NCBI RefSeq assembly: GCF_030144855.1
Contig: NC_082713.1
Coordinates: 61,070,001-61,134,000 of the forward strand
Reading direction: 5' to 3'
DNA: 64,000 bases
From: Hypanus sabinus
Taxonomy: Eukaryota
Shown here: piece by piece, positions 1 to 11,374 of the stretch
How the letters are laid out: the number at the start of each line of letters is the position of its first letter
How positions within the stretch are numbered: position 1 is the stretch's first letter
Position numbers and translations under genes: made by a program
Notes under the pieces: generated by a model
Told to the model about the DNA's origin: nothing
Databases searched by the model: none
The model's input: the letters and a program-made list of their open reading frames with translations, nothing else

Positions 1-249
1 GATCCTGGAAAATAATTTGCCATCTTAAAAAACTCATTCTTCAATGTGAGACTTGCACTACATAGTTGGAAATTGGAGCCTGTATGGATTTTAATAGCAA
101 ATGACAATTTATGCTGCTTACTCCTGAGTCTCTGTCATTAGTGGCAAACTTTCCTAATAATGTTATCTGTTTTCCTCCCCCTTCAAAAGTAATACTACAT
201 TTAATGTTTGCATGCCGGACTATTCAGTCTTTTCCCATTAAAAAGAACT

Positions 250-790
250 CTATTGTAGGCAATGTCCTGGGGAATATCCTCTCTACCCTTTCCAGCTCAA
301 TCATATCCTTACTGTACTGTGGTGACCAGACTACACATGATCTTCCAAGTACAGCCTAACCAGCATTTTGTAAATTGCTATTATATTCCATCCCAACTAT
401 TCTATTCCCCTTCCAGATCTAGGAAAGTGATGACTGCATATGCTTTCTTCACCATCCAGTCCACCTGCATTGTCACTTTCAGGAATTATGGACTTGGACC
501 CTTTGTTCTCATTGATCATGAACATTACTTCATGCCCAACCATTATTATATACAGTGCTGTATGTTCAGTCTTTGTTTGAAAATACATCATCTCACATTT
601 AATGGAATTAAATTCCATCTGATTTTGGTCTGTCTAACATTCCGCAGCCTTAGACCTTGTCCTTGCCACCAGTTTTCATAGCATCTGCAACTCTACCAAC
701 CATTCCTTATACATCACATGTTGATAAAGTATATCACAAACAACAAAATTCCTGTAGTACAGCATTAGATACAATGTCACAAGGATAGAA
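250..790 (-). mobile_element. Old CR1 LINE ORF2 (RT C-terminal) remnant
   Basis: Minus ORF 397-618 begins MEFNSIKCEMMYF, matching the CR1 motif W.MEFN..KCEV.HFG seen in other copies here. Heavily decayed. Confidence 0.6.
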
Positions 791-1774
791 AAACATTCTG
801 ACAAAGCATTGCTTGTTATTACCTCCATAGTGATGGCTGTACAAAATAAAATTCCGTCAAATACCGTGTTTCTGTTGTTTATTTTTTAGGGATTGTTTAT
901 GATGTCTTAACTAGTTAACATTTTAAAGTATCAGCACATGTCACTCTTTAGTGTCTGAAGTAATTATCAAGCTTGTCTGTTGACAGCTTTCAGTGAGACC
1001 TCTGAGACTGTTGAATAGAAAATGTCATGACAGATCAATCAAATTGCTTGCTAATTGGTATCTTTCAGTAATTCATTTCTTTGTTATATCTGAGAAACTG
1101 CAATGAATGGAATGTCTAAAAAGTCCCCAGTAAGCAACCTTTGAACTTATTTTAAATCAGCTGATGAGAGTAGCTTGAAGTATTAGTGAATCTTCTTTTT
1201 CTTTTTGCATTGCTTACATTGTATGACATAATTTCAGTGTAATTAGATGGTTTGAATGCACTTTGCCAACATGAAGTATTGACTTCACTGAAATAAGCTG
1301 TACCATTTGTTAATTCTTTAATAATTGAGATATATATGCTGGATTATTGAAAGTGGAGGGCTTTGAGAACTTTGAGAGTTCCTCTTGGGTTCCAGACTTC
1401 GGATTGAAGTATAGGTGACAATTAGTAGATTATCATCAGCTAATAACAGTTCATAATGAGTACTTCAGGAGGTATTCTAAATTCACATGAAACAATACAT
1501 CATTTGAAGATAGTCTAACTTGAGTTTCCTATCCTGCATCCAGCTTTGTCTGCCTTAGGAATGCTGGAAGGTACAGCTGTCCTATCAGAAAGAATGTTAA
1601 AACAGTGCGCAAAGAGATATCCTTCCATAGAAAGTTAGTTTTTAAATTTCTCCAGTTAAACTTTCTATACTTGATCACTTTTGTTCCCTATGAGAAAGCC
1701 TCTGTTACTTCATTGTTTAGCAATCAAACCTAGCAAAGCAAACCACTATTTGTCATATTACGTTATTATTACGT

Positions 1775-2155
1775 CAAGAAAGCTCAGCAATACTTCTACT
1801 TCCTCAGGAGGCTAAAGAAATTCAACATGTCTGTGATGACTCTTACTAAATGTTATTGTTGCTCCACAGAAAGCATTCTGTCTAGACGTGTAATGACTTG
1901 CTATGGCAGCTGTTCTGTACGTAACAGCAAGAAACTGCAGAGAGTTGTAGACGTACTGTAGCTCAGTACCTGTATATCACAACTTTATAGTTCACTTGCA
2001 CTGCACTTTTTTGGAAGCTTTTACACTTTATTCTGCATTGTTATTGTTTTACCTTATTCTAGCACATTGCACTGTTTAATGATTTGATCTGTATAAACAG
2101 TATGCAACACAAGATTTTATTGGCATATGTGTCAATAATAAACCAGTACCAATAT
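1775..2155 (+). mobile_element. Rex1/Babar-type LINE 3' fragment
   Basis: Translates KKAQQYFYFLRRLKKF and KKLQRVVD, followed by a 3' UTR ending aataaaccagtaccaat, like the other Rex1-type copies. Confidence 0.65.
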
Positions 2156-3062
2156 CTAGATTATTTAATGTAATTATGGAATCACAGTACTGTACATAAA
2201 GAACGTTGACTCATCCAGTCTTTGGAGAGAAATTCTTTCAGTTCTAAATCCCTTTTCCTTCCATGTAGGCTTAGAAGCTTTCCCCCACAGATGGTTATCT
2301 AAGCACTTTTAAAAACAGTAATTGATTTGCACCCACAGCATGTTCAAATGGTGCAAAATACAGCAGATGATCACAACTAACTACTTGAAAAATTTTTACT
2401 CACATCAGCCCTGCATCTTTTACCAACATCTGTGCTCCTTTTTCCTGCTCTGCCTTTGAAGATATTTCTCTACAGCAAAGACGGTACAGCAGAGTAACAA
2501 TCCCTTAAGCCTACATTATCTGTACTGAACATAATGCCGACAAACTTCACATCTAGTCTATATCCATCATTTCCTTGTTTGTTGATGTTCCAACCTAAAT
2601 GTCTCTTAAACATTGCGATTGGTTCTGCTTCCAGCATCCCACCCTGCTAACACCCCTATCTTTTCTGACTTCTGATATGTTTGCAATAAACAAATGGTTG
2701 AGCAATAATTTTCTAAAGCTAAATGAAGATAAAATTGAAATACTTTTGGTTGATCCCAAAACTAAAAGAGATAAACCTCTTGATAAACTTGGGTTAGACT
2801 GCTCAACCATCAGGCTCTTGAACCAGATGAGATAACCCCTCTGATCGCAGAGAAGCATGTTAGCATAGTTATTAGCACAACGCTTTACAGTCCCAATGAC
2901 CCAGGTTCAATTCCTGCCGCTGTCTTTAAGGAGCTTATATGATCTCCCCGTGACTGAGTGGGATTCCTCTAGGTCGGGGGTCGGCAACCCGCGGCTCCGG
3001 AGCCACATGTGGCTCTTTTACGTCTGTGCTGCGGCTCCCTGTTGCTTTGGGAAATAATTGGT

Positions 3063-3279
3063 TGTGGCGACCCTTTTCCTGGCACATCCGAACCGACTCA
3101 CAATTAGATAGCCTACGGGGGTTTGCGAGCACAGAGCTTTGGAGCCTCTGCACCATGGGGGGGGCAGGTTGAGGGAGGCTTAAAAGTGAGGCTGAAGATT
3201 TCGAATAAAGTTTTTTCCTTCGACTGTAGTTACCGACTCCGTGTCGTAATTTTAGCACTGCGTGTAGCACACCGCTACA
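3063..3279 (+). mobile_element. Solo LTR 1 (217 bp, Gypsy-like) inside the hAT
   Basis: TGTGGCG...CGCTACA termini, 4-bp TSD TGGT (3059-3062, 3280-3283), TTAAAAG and AATAAA signals. Confidence 0.8.
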
Positions 3280-3384
3280 TGGTCAGTATTTAATTAAAAT
3301 GTATTTTATGTTAGTTTGTTAGTTTTTGAAATGTAAATCTAAATTTGAAGATTATGGTGATCTTGTACAATCTAAATAAGACGT

Positions 3385-3598
3385 TGTGGCGACCCATTTC
3401 CTGACACATCCGAACCGGCTCACAATTAGCCACCGTTCCAGCTAAGGGAGATAGCCTACGGGGGTTTGTGAGTACGTGTCTTTTGCAGCATCCGCGCCCA
3501 TGGGGGGCGGGTTGAGGGAGGCTTAAAAGCAAGGCTGTTTAGTTCGAATAAAGCTATCTTTGACTGCAGTTTACTGACTGCGTGTAGCAACCGCTACA
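3385..3598 (+). mobile_element. Solo LTR 2 (214 bp), same family as LTR 1
   Basis: TGTGGCG...CGCTACA termini, own 4-bp TSD ACGT (3381-3384, 3599-3602). Collinear with 3063-3279 apart from indels. Confidence 0.8.
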
Positions 3599-3610
3599 AC
3601 GTGTTTTTAT

Positions 3611-4100
3611 CGCTGGCTGTCCAGAGGGGAGGTGCTGAAACGCTTTGTCGCGTGTCTGGAAGAAGTGAAAACTTTCCTGGGCAGCAAAGGGCTCAACTTT
3701 CCTGAGCTGGAACAGCCAGAGTGGCTGGAAAAGCTACACTTCATGGTAGACATGACAGCGCACCTGAACACGCTGAACACAGCTCTTCAGGGGAAAGGAC
3801 GTACAGCCCTGCACATGTGGAGGATGTTTTGGCATTCGAGCGCAAGTTGACAGTGTTTGCCAGAGATTTACAGAAAGGCACATTGTCTCACTTCCCCAAT
3901 TTGAGAGAGTTCAAACAAGGTCACGACATGATAAATTCGGAGTATTTACATTCTGCAATCATCGCAATGCAAACATCGTTTGGGAAACGCTTCTGTGAGT
4001 TCAGAGAGGAAAAAAACACATTATCCTTCCCGGTCACTCCCCTAAGCATAGATCCATCCCTACTGAATACGACTGCATTGTCAGGTGTGAGTCAACCTGA
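3611..4100 (+). pseudogene. hAT transposase internal fragment (GTF2IRD2/Charlie-like), frameshifted
   Basis: RWLSRGEVLKRF...EWLEKLHFMVDMTAHLNTLNTALQG, then a frameshift near 3818 into EDVLAFERKLTVF...LSHFPNL. Both ends of the transposase are missing. Confidence 0.85.
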
Positions 4101-5644
4101 ACAAGTATGATAAATATTTTAATTGCCTATTATTTTACGTATATTCATATGTTTTCATTGTTCAGTGAAATAGTCCTTTTATTTTTCAGGTTGACAGCTG
4201 GCTGACGTTATTTTTGGTTTGCTGCTGGCGGCAAATTTAAGTTTGGCGTTTTTCATAAATACAAGAAGGACTCAAATAGACGTTGGGTATTTTACTTCAA
4301 AGTAACCTTCAACCCAACGTCTTTTTTTCGGAGTTCAAAATGTTTTTGTTGCATGCAGAAATGTAATTTCGTTTTCTCTGCAGGAGTTCATCAATTTCAT
4401 AAATTCAACACATTATAGTTTGTTTATACATAGCATAAAGGCAAAACAAAATGTTGTATGCAGTGTTATTTCATTTTAAATGTCAAACGGGTTTTGCGGC
4501 TCCCAATATTTTCTTTTCTGTGGGAAATGGGTCCAAGTGGCTCTTTCAGTGGTAAACGTTGCTGACCCCTGCTCTAGGTGCTCTGGTTTCCCTGCATAGG
4601 CAAAGTTTTACTGTTTGGTAGATTAATTAGTCATTGTAAATTTTCCCATGATCAGGCTAGGCTGCTGAGGAGTGTGAGTCTAAGGGAGGGCCTGAAGGAC
4701 CTATTTCATGCTGCATCTCAATAAATGCATAAATAAATAAAGTGTTACTCAGCTTCACTCACTCTATCACTGAGCTGTTCACACAACCTATGGAATCACT
4801 TTCAAGTGACTCTTCATTTCATGCTGTCATGCATATTGCATATTTATTTATTTTTGCACATTGGCTGTTTGTCCATTCTGCTGGGTGCATTCTTTCATTG
4901 ATTCTATTACGATTCCTGTATTTACTGTTAATACCCACAAGAAAATGAATTTCAGAGTTGTATATGTACTTTGATAGTAAACTTACTTGGAACAACTGCA
5001 CATCCATTTCTGTAACATAATGATGCTGATAAACTAACTGACACCTTTACATCGAATAGATTAGATTACTGCAATGCACTTTTTACTGGACTTCCAAAGC
5101 AATCTATTGAGAAACTTTAATTCATTCAGAATGCAGCTGCTAGACATTTACTAAAATTAAGATGAGGGAGCATATCATTCTCATCCTAGCTGCTTTGCAT
5201 TGGCTCCTGTATCTTTTAGAATTGATTCTGAAGGTTTTTTAGTTGTTTTTAAAGAACTGAATGGCTGGGACTAGAGTACAACACAGAATCACTTTCGGTT
5301 TTCATTCCTGCTTGAGCACTCAGGTCTTCTTCCTCTAGTCTCTTCAATTTAAAATATCTCACTCAAAAGATAAATGGCTGGTCAGTTTTTTTGAACTATG
5401 CTCCTGAACTGTGGAATTCAATACCTAAAACTACAAGGGATGCAGACTTTATTGACATTTTCAAATGTCTGCTAAAAATATATTTATTTAACCTCACTTT
5501 TAATTAACATCTTTTTATCCTTTATTTTTAATGTTTGCACTTTATCCCATTGTGAAGCATTTGGACTACACTACCTGAATGAAAAGTGCTCTAAAACATT
5601 ACTATTATTTTTATTACTACTACTACTACTACTACTATTATGGG

Positions 5645-6715
5645 TCTAAAACAGATTATTTGAATTTTCTACTTGTTTAAAAGAGTAGTCCATGCCTTTA
5701 TTTCGGCAACCAAAGTGCATGACCATACACTTTCCTACATTATATTCCATCTTCCACTTCTTTGCCAATTCTCCCAAGTTCCTCTGCAGCCTCCCTGATT
5801 CCTTAGCATTACCTGCCCCTTCACCAGTCGTTGTATCCTCAGCAAACTTTGCCACAGAGCCAGCAATTCTGTTATCCAAATCATTGACATATAACATGAA
5901 AAGATGCAACCACAACAACAACCCCTGTGGAATACTACTAATCACCAGCAGCAAAGCAGGAAAGTCCCCATCATTCCCACATTTTGTCTTCTACCGATCA
6001 GTCAATCAGTGCTAATATATTTTTGTAATACCATAGGCTCTTATTATATTTAGCAGCTTCATGTGTGTCACCTTGTCAATGACTTTCTAAAAATCCAAGC
6101 AAGCAACGTTCACTGATTCTCCTTTGTCTATCCTGCCTGTTATTTTCTCAAAGTATTCCAACAGATTTGTCTGGCAGTATTTCCCTTAAAGTCAACCATA
6201 CTGACTTTGGCCAATATTTTATCATGTACCCTAGGTACCCTGAACTTCATCCTTAATAATGGGCTCCAACATTTTACCAACCATTGAAATTAGGCTAACC
6301 AGCTTAAAATTTCCTGTCTTTTGCCTCCCTGCATTCGTCAAGCGTGGAGTGACATTTATGATTTTCTAGTCCTCTGGAACCATTCCAGAATCTAGTGTTT
6401 CTTGACAGATCATTACTAATACTTCCCCAATCTCTCCAGCTATCTCTTTCAGAACCGGGGGTGTAGTCCATTTAATCCAGGTAACTTACTTACCTTCAGA
6501 CCTTTCAGCCTCCCAACTACCTTCTATCTAGTAATTGCAATTATACTGACATTCTCAAATTTCTAACATACTGCTGGTGTCTTCTACAGCAAAGTCGGAC
6601 ACAAGATACCTATAGAGTTCATCTGACATTTCATTGTCCCCCATTACACCACTCCAGTGTCATTTTCTAGTAGCCTGATATCCACTCTTATCTCTCTTTG
6701 AATCTTTATATACCT
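5645..6715 (-). mobile_element. CR1 LINE ORF2 RT fragment
   Basis: ORF 5646-5954 contains IPQG..YVNDLD..KFAEDT..WKMEYNVGKCMVMHFG. Confidence 0.85.
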
Positions 6716-7256
6716 GACAAATGGAGGCAAGGAAGTACTGGGTTGGTCTTGGAGTAGGTTAAAATTTTGATACTGGTGAAGGACCTCTGTGGTGTTTTAT
6801 TGTTCTAGGTTCTATATGTTATCAATGAAGTTATAAGAAATATCAAGCTTTTTGTTTTCCAGCAGGAACATCTTTTATTGATGTTAAGTTTCAACGTAGT
6901 GGTGGATTTCCTAAAGGCACTTAAGATATATAGCTTGTTTCAGTTTGGTAACAGCTGAGGAAATGTTATTGACAGTTTCAGTTAACTTACACTTGGATAT
7001 TTGCATCCTCTATCAGTGACTTGTCCTGACTAACCACAGAATACTTAACTTTTTATGAGTGTTATTTTTGAAACTGAATTGATTGATATTGTCAAAGATA
7101 ATAAAAAAAGACGAAAGCATTGTAAAATATTGTTATCTAATTATTGTGACTTGGCTTCTTAAACATCTAAAGTTTTTGGCATAAAGAAATAGAGTTCTGG
7201 GATCTTTAACCAGCAACAATGAAGGAAAAGCAATATATGGCCCTGGCAGTTTCTCT

Positions 7257-8584
7257 TGTTATATACAACCAGGATTCATTTTTTCTGTGGACTGAAACTT
7301 TAAAATGCTGAAAGAATGAGACTGACTTTTAGACACTGTTGGATTTCTACTGATTACAAAGTTGCTTGGTTACTATGGTGAGAGAGGTGGAATTATTTGA
7401 TGGACAATGAATGTTTATATTTTCTCGTGGCTTGTTTTGAATATACAAGGACACACAGACACTGACAGTTACAGTCAAGACGGATTTGGTCAATGGAAGA
7501 CACCAGCGAGTTGGTTGCTGGTTTAAACTTTCAGTATCCCAAAGGGGTGAATTGAGATTGATCCAGAGTATTGATAAATGACTCTCACAAGTGCTGCAAA
7601 TAGAAGAAGTTTGCAGAGAGGAGAGGAGAGGAGAGGAGAGGAGAGGAAGGTTTGAAACAGAAGAAACCTAGTAACAAAGAGATCACTGTTTGGACTCTCT
7701 CTCCAAGTAGCCCGTGAGGGTGAGTTGTTTCCATTTGGCTACGAAAGTGTGATTGTCACATAGTTAATCCACAGGAGTGGGTTCCCTGGTGAGGATAAAA
7801 CCTTTGTGAATACCACATGTGTGTTTACCCTTTGTCTGGGTGTGGTAGTTCACTGAAGAAGGCACCCCTGTGGCAAATCACCATTGGAGTTATTTTGTGG
7901 GTCATGAAACTGGATAAGTGGCTATCACATTGTGTGTTTGGGGTAACCTTGTGGAATCTACCAGTGTGTCCACTCTTGCCTGGGTGATGATTCCCTTGAA
8001 GATGGTCCTCTTTGTGATAAGCTCCTGTTGGTGATAATCCATACGTGGATTCTGTTTGAGTATCCTGTGGCCACCACTTTGAGATGACCCGTAGCTGAAT
8101 TCGGGTGTGGTTCCACTTGTGTTGAAAGGACAATCGTTGAAGATCACTGTCGGTGATACTTCATGTGTGGAGTGGAACAACTTCAGAGATAAAAACTACT
8201 GCTATTGTTATTTTGTATTGCTGTCGTGGAATCTGCGGAATATCAACATGATTGCCTTCTCACAACACTCGCCTTTGGATTACAAACATCTCACATTAAT
8301 TAACCTGAGGGTTGAACTGAACTTTTCTTACATACCATCGTAAGACTGTAACTCTTGCCACCTGAGCTTGAATAAGTTTGGGAACTTTATTTATACATTT
8401 ATATATGCATAACACTGTTAACTCTTGATTTACCTGGTTAAAGTTACTATATTATGTAGTTACTAATAAAATAATATTTTGTTAACAGCAAAACCAGAAT
8501 CCAGGTGTGTTCTATTGCTGCTGAAACATTTTAGTGTTGTGTGCACATAAGAGGTACTTTCCCCAGGGCTGCATGTACGTGACA
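7257..8584 (+). mobile_element. Large solo LTR (1328 bp, Gypsy-like)
   Basis: Termini TGTTATATAC...GTACGTGACA form an imperfect inverted repeat. Exact 4-bp TSD CTCT (7253-7256, 8585-8588). AATAAA at ~8465. No recognisable coding content. Confidence 0.8.
7615..7647. repeat. (GAGAG)n microsatellite inside the solo LTR
   Basis: About six tandem GAGAG units, directly visible. Confidence 0.95.
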
Positions 8585-9149
8585 CTCTGTACTGCGAACT
8601 TTGCCCTCTCAGTGACAAAGAAACTTTGATGACTTGCAAAGTGTTATTTACAGGTTTCATATATTGCTCCAGTAAGTTAATGTTTTAAGGTAGTGGGCAA
8701 AATATTGATTGAACTGATTGCTATTAGCTGAATGCTTGCAAAAACCTTTCAGTTTATTGAGGCTGTTTTCACTTAGACAGAAAAAGCTTTTTTCACTGTG
8801 TCCTTAATAGTGTCTGTTAGGTCAAAAAAAAATTGGGCAGTCAGAAGGCGTATCAGAATCAAAGATTATTCAGATAAAATATCATATAATTACATATATC
8901 TACAAATCTGTCTCTGACTAATGATGAAATTGTTGCTTATAATGTTGCATATCAATGTAAACTGATTGAACAATTTCTTGCCAGAGACAGTCAGTCTTTG
9001 GCATAAGCATGGCATAAAAACAACCTGTCAAATTAGTTCCCATCTGGATATGATCAAGATTTAGCCGTATTCAATATAGACTTTATTATCAGATCAATTA
9101 CAAATGGAAATTAACATTGTGAACTTAAGAAAAAGTTAAATGAAGTGAC

Positions 9150-9680
9150 ATATCAGGACAGGATATTCAGTAGTTATGTAGCTCCTTCAGCCTGCTTCAT
9201 CATTCATGGTTAATTTGTTCTTGGCCACACTGCACTCCTGCTGCCCCATTTGTTCTCCACCAATGGTACAAAAGTTGATTCTCTCAGCCTTTTATATAAC
9301 TAGTGATTTTGCCTCAGATATCAAATTCTTCAATTCATGATCCTTTATGTGAAACAAGTCCAGCTCTTCTTCATCTTGAATACAAAGCACTCTCTTTTCC
9401 ATAACAATGCTGCCTAGTTCTTGATTGTCTCTCAAAATGACACATCTTCTGAATATTTACTCTGTCAAACCATCTCAGAATCCAATACTTGTCAATAAAA
9501 GTCCCTTTAATTCTACTAAATTCAAGTAAGTAGAGACACAATCTACTCAATTCTACCTCAAAACAAAACACTTCAGGCAAAGAGTTATTCTATGTGAATC
9601 TTCTCTAAGATGCCTTCAATGAAAGTATATTGATTCTTAACTGAGTCCAAGTAACCTATACAGTTTTAGCAATGCATCCT
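9150..9680 (-). mobile_element. Old CR1 3' fragment
   Basis: ORF 9371-9580 resembles the CR1 C-terminus (LYLLEFSRIKGTFI..ILRWFDRV). Confidence 0.55.
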
Positions 9681-9694
9681 GAATATTAAAATCC

Positions 9695-10880
9695 AAAGTT
9701 CAAAGGTCAAAGTAAATTCATTATCTAAGTATGTGTATGTCACCATATCCTATCCTTCATTTCATTTTTCTTGTGGGCAATCACAGTAAATAGAAAGAAA
9801 CACATTAGATAGAATGAATGAAAAGCCTTACACTACAGAGATGGACAAACAACCAAAGTGCAAAAGACAAAAAACAGAAACAAAAACAAAACCTAAATAA
9901 ATAAGCAAGCAATAAATATCAATGACATAAGTTGTAGTCTCCTTGAAAATAAGTTCATTGGTGATGGACTCAGTTCATTGTTGAGCTAAGTGAAGATATT
10001 CCCTTTGGTTCAAGAGCCTGACGATTGAGGGGTAATAGCTGTTTCTGAAACTTATGGTGTGGGACTTTGAGACGCCTATACCTCCTTCCTGATGGCAGCA
10101 GCAAGAAGAGAGCATGCCGAGGATGGTGGTGACCCTTGATGAAGGATGTCTCTTTCCTTCAATAACACACTATTTAAATATGCTCAATGGTGGAGATGTC
10201 ATTATCTGTGATGGGCTAGGCTGAAACCACTACTTTTTGTAGATGTTTTTCCTCCCCTTCAAAGCAGTGCTTCTCCCATACAACCTGTGATGCAACCAAT
10301 CAGGACACGTTCCATCACATATCTATAGAAGTTTTCACGTCAAATCTATAGAATCTGACATGTGGAATCAGCACAAACTTCTGGATAATAGAAGTACTGC
10401 CGTGCCTTCTCTGTAATGGGTTTAACATGCTGGATTTGGGACATATCCACTAAAATAATAATGGGTCCAAAAATTTAAAGTTGGTGACTCTCTCCACCTC
10501 TGATCCCCAAATGAGATCTGGCTCACGGACTTCCGGTTTCCTCCTCTTATAGTCAATAATCAGTTCTTTGGTTTTGATGAAATTGAGTAAGAGGTTGTTG
10601 TTATGGCACCATTCAGCCAGATTTTCAATCTCCCCCCTACCTTGATTTGCCCCACAGCAATAGAGCCATCAGCAAAATAGAATATGACATTGGAGCTGTA
10701 CTTAGCGTCACAGTCATTAGTGTAAAATGACTAATGACAAGGGGCTCAGCAAACAGCCTTATGGTGTACCTTTGCTAATAGTGGTTGTTGCTAATCCAAA
10801 CTGACTGGGATCTACAAGAGAGGAAGTTGAGGATACAGTTGCTCAAGAAGGTATGAGGCCTTGGTCTTGGAGTTTTCAGC
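9695..10880 (-). mobile_element. Rex1/Babar-type LINE 3' fragment
   Basis: (TTCAAAG)-like tail at ~9695-9715. On the minus strand, LLPSG, FADGS and P*GCLLSP remnants are collinear with the copy at 40225-42063. Confidence 0.7.
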
Positions 10881-11374
10881 TCCTATGCAATAAAAAACTG
10901 CATACTTTTCTGCTTCCTGATTTGTTCTACTTAAAAATTAACTTCTTTTGTTCTACAGAAACATTTATATTCCTCTGTACGTGAGTATTTTGTAGTTATA
11001 TTCTGTTTTTCTCTTCTTCCTGCAAAAATGTACCCTCAATTTTCCTCATATTGTAGACCCAGCATCAAATTTTGACAGTTCAGTTAATCTGACTAATTCC
11101 TTTTGCTATAAAGACACAAAATGCTGGGAACACTCAGGAGGTCTGGAGGCATCTATGAAATAGAAACTTCTTTTCATTAGAACCTCTACAGATTCATTTT
11201 GAAATACCCAAATGTTGTTTTCTTGTTTATCTATTGCAGCATATTTTACAATATACTCCATCTCATCCTCTGTCATTAATGGAGATTCTAAGTATATGAG
11301 ATTCCAGCACTGATGCTGCTGCAATCCACCAGTTGAAGATGGCAAACTGAAAAAGATCCATTCATCCCAAGCAA

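Larger units (their letters stand above)
2975..4571 (+). mobile_element. Non-autonomous hAT (Charlie-like) DNA transposon
   Basis: 14-bp TIRs CGGGGGTCGGCAAC (2975-2988) and GTTGCTGACCCCTG (4558-4571), 2 mismatches. Perfect 8-bp TSD CTCTAGGT (2967-2974, 4572-4579) with the TCTAG core typical of Charlie-type targets. Internal transposase remnant. Confidence 0.95.
2856..4745 (+). mobile_element. tRNA-derived V-SINE split by the hAT element (parts 2856-2974 and 4580-4745)
   Basis: Box B-like ggttcaattcc at ~2904. The V-domain-like ctccccgtgactgagtgggattcctctaggt|gctctggtttcc...attgtaaatt runs continuously across the hAT. Ends in an (AATA)n tail. Confidence 0.75.
2660..5640 (+). mobile_element. 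L2 LINE 3' fragment split by nested SINE/hAT insertions (L2 parts ~2660-2815 and ~4995-5640)
   Basis: WLSNNFLKLNEDKIEILL (ORF 2599-2835), then RLDYCNALFTGLPK, IQNAAAR and LHWL motifs after 5040. Ends in a (TAC/TAT)n tail at ~5600-5640. Confidence 0.8.

Noticed and set aside
262-681. 139-aa plus-strand ORF and similar ORFs (e.g. 16719-17066, 41401-41784, 44551-44958)
   Set aside because: They are antisense shadows of CR1 or Rex1 coding remnants.
2856-2920. tRNA gene
   Set aside because: Only a degenerate box A/B SINE head with no cloverleaf. The same applies at 47652.
3063-3598. The two LTR-like repeats read as one TRIM/mini LTR-retrotransposon, with TGGT after LTR 1 as a PBS
   Set aside because: The outer flanks (TGGT vs ACGT) do not match, each unit has its own TSD, there is no PPT before the second unit, and the copies differ by several indels.
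3611-4110. Domesticated host gene of the GTF2IRD2/EPM2AIP1 type
   Set aside because: It is a frameshifted internal fragment lying between TIRs and a TSD, so it is a transposon relic.
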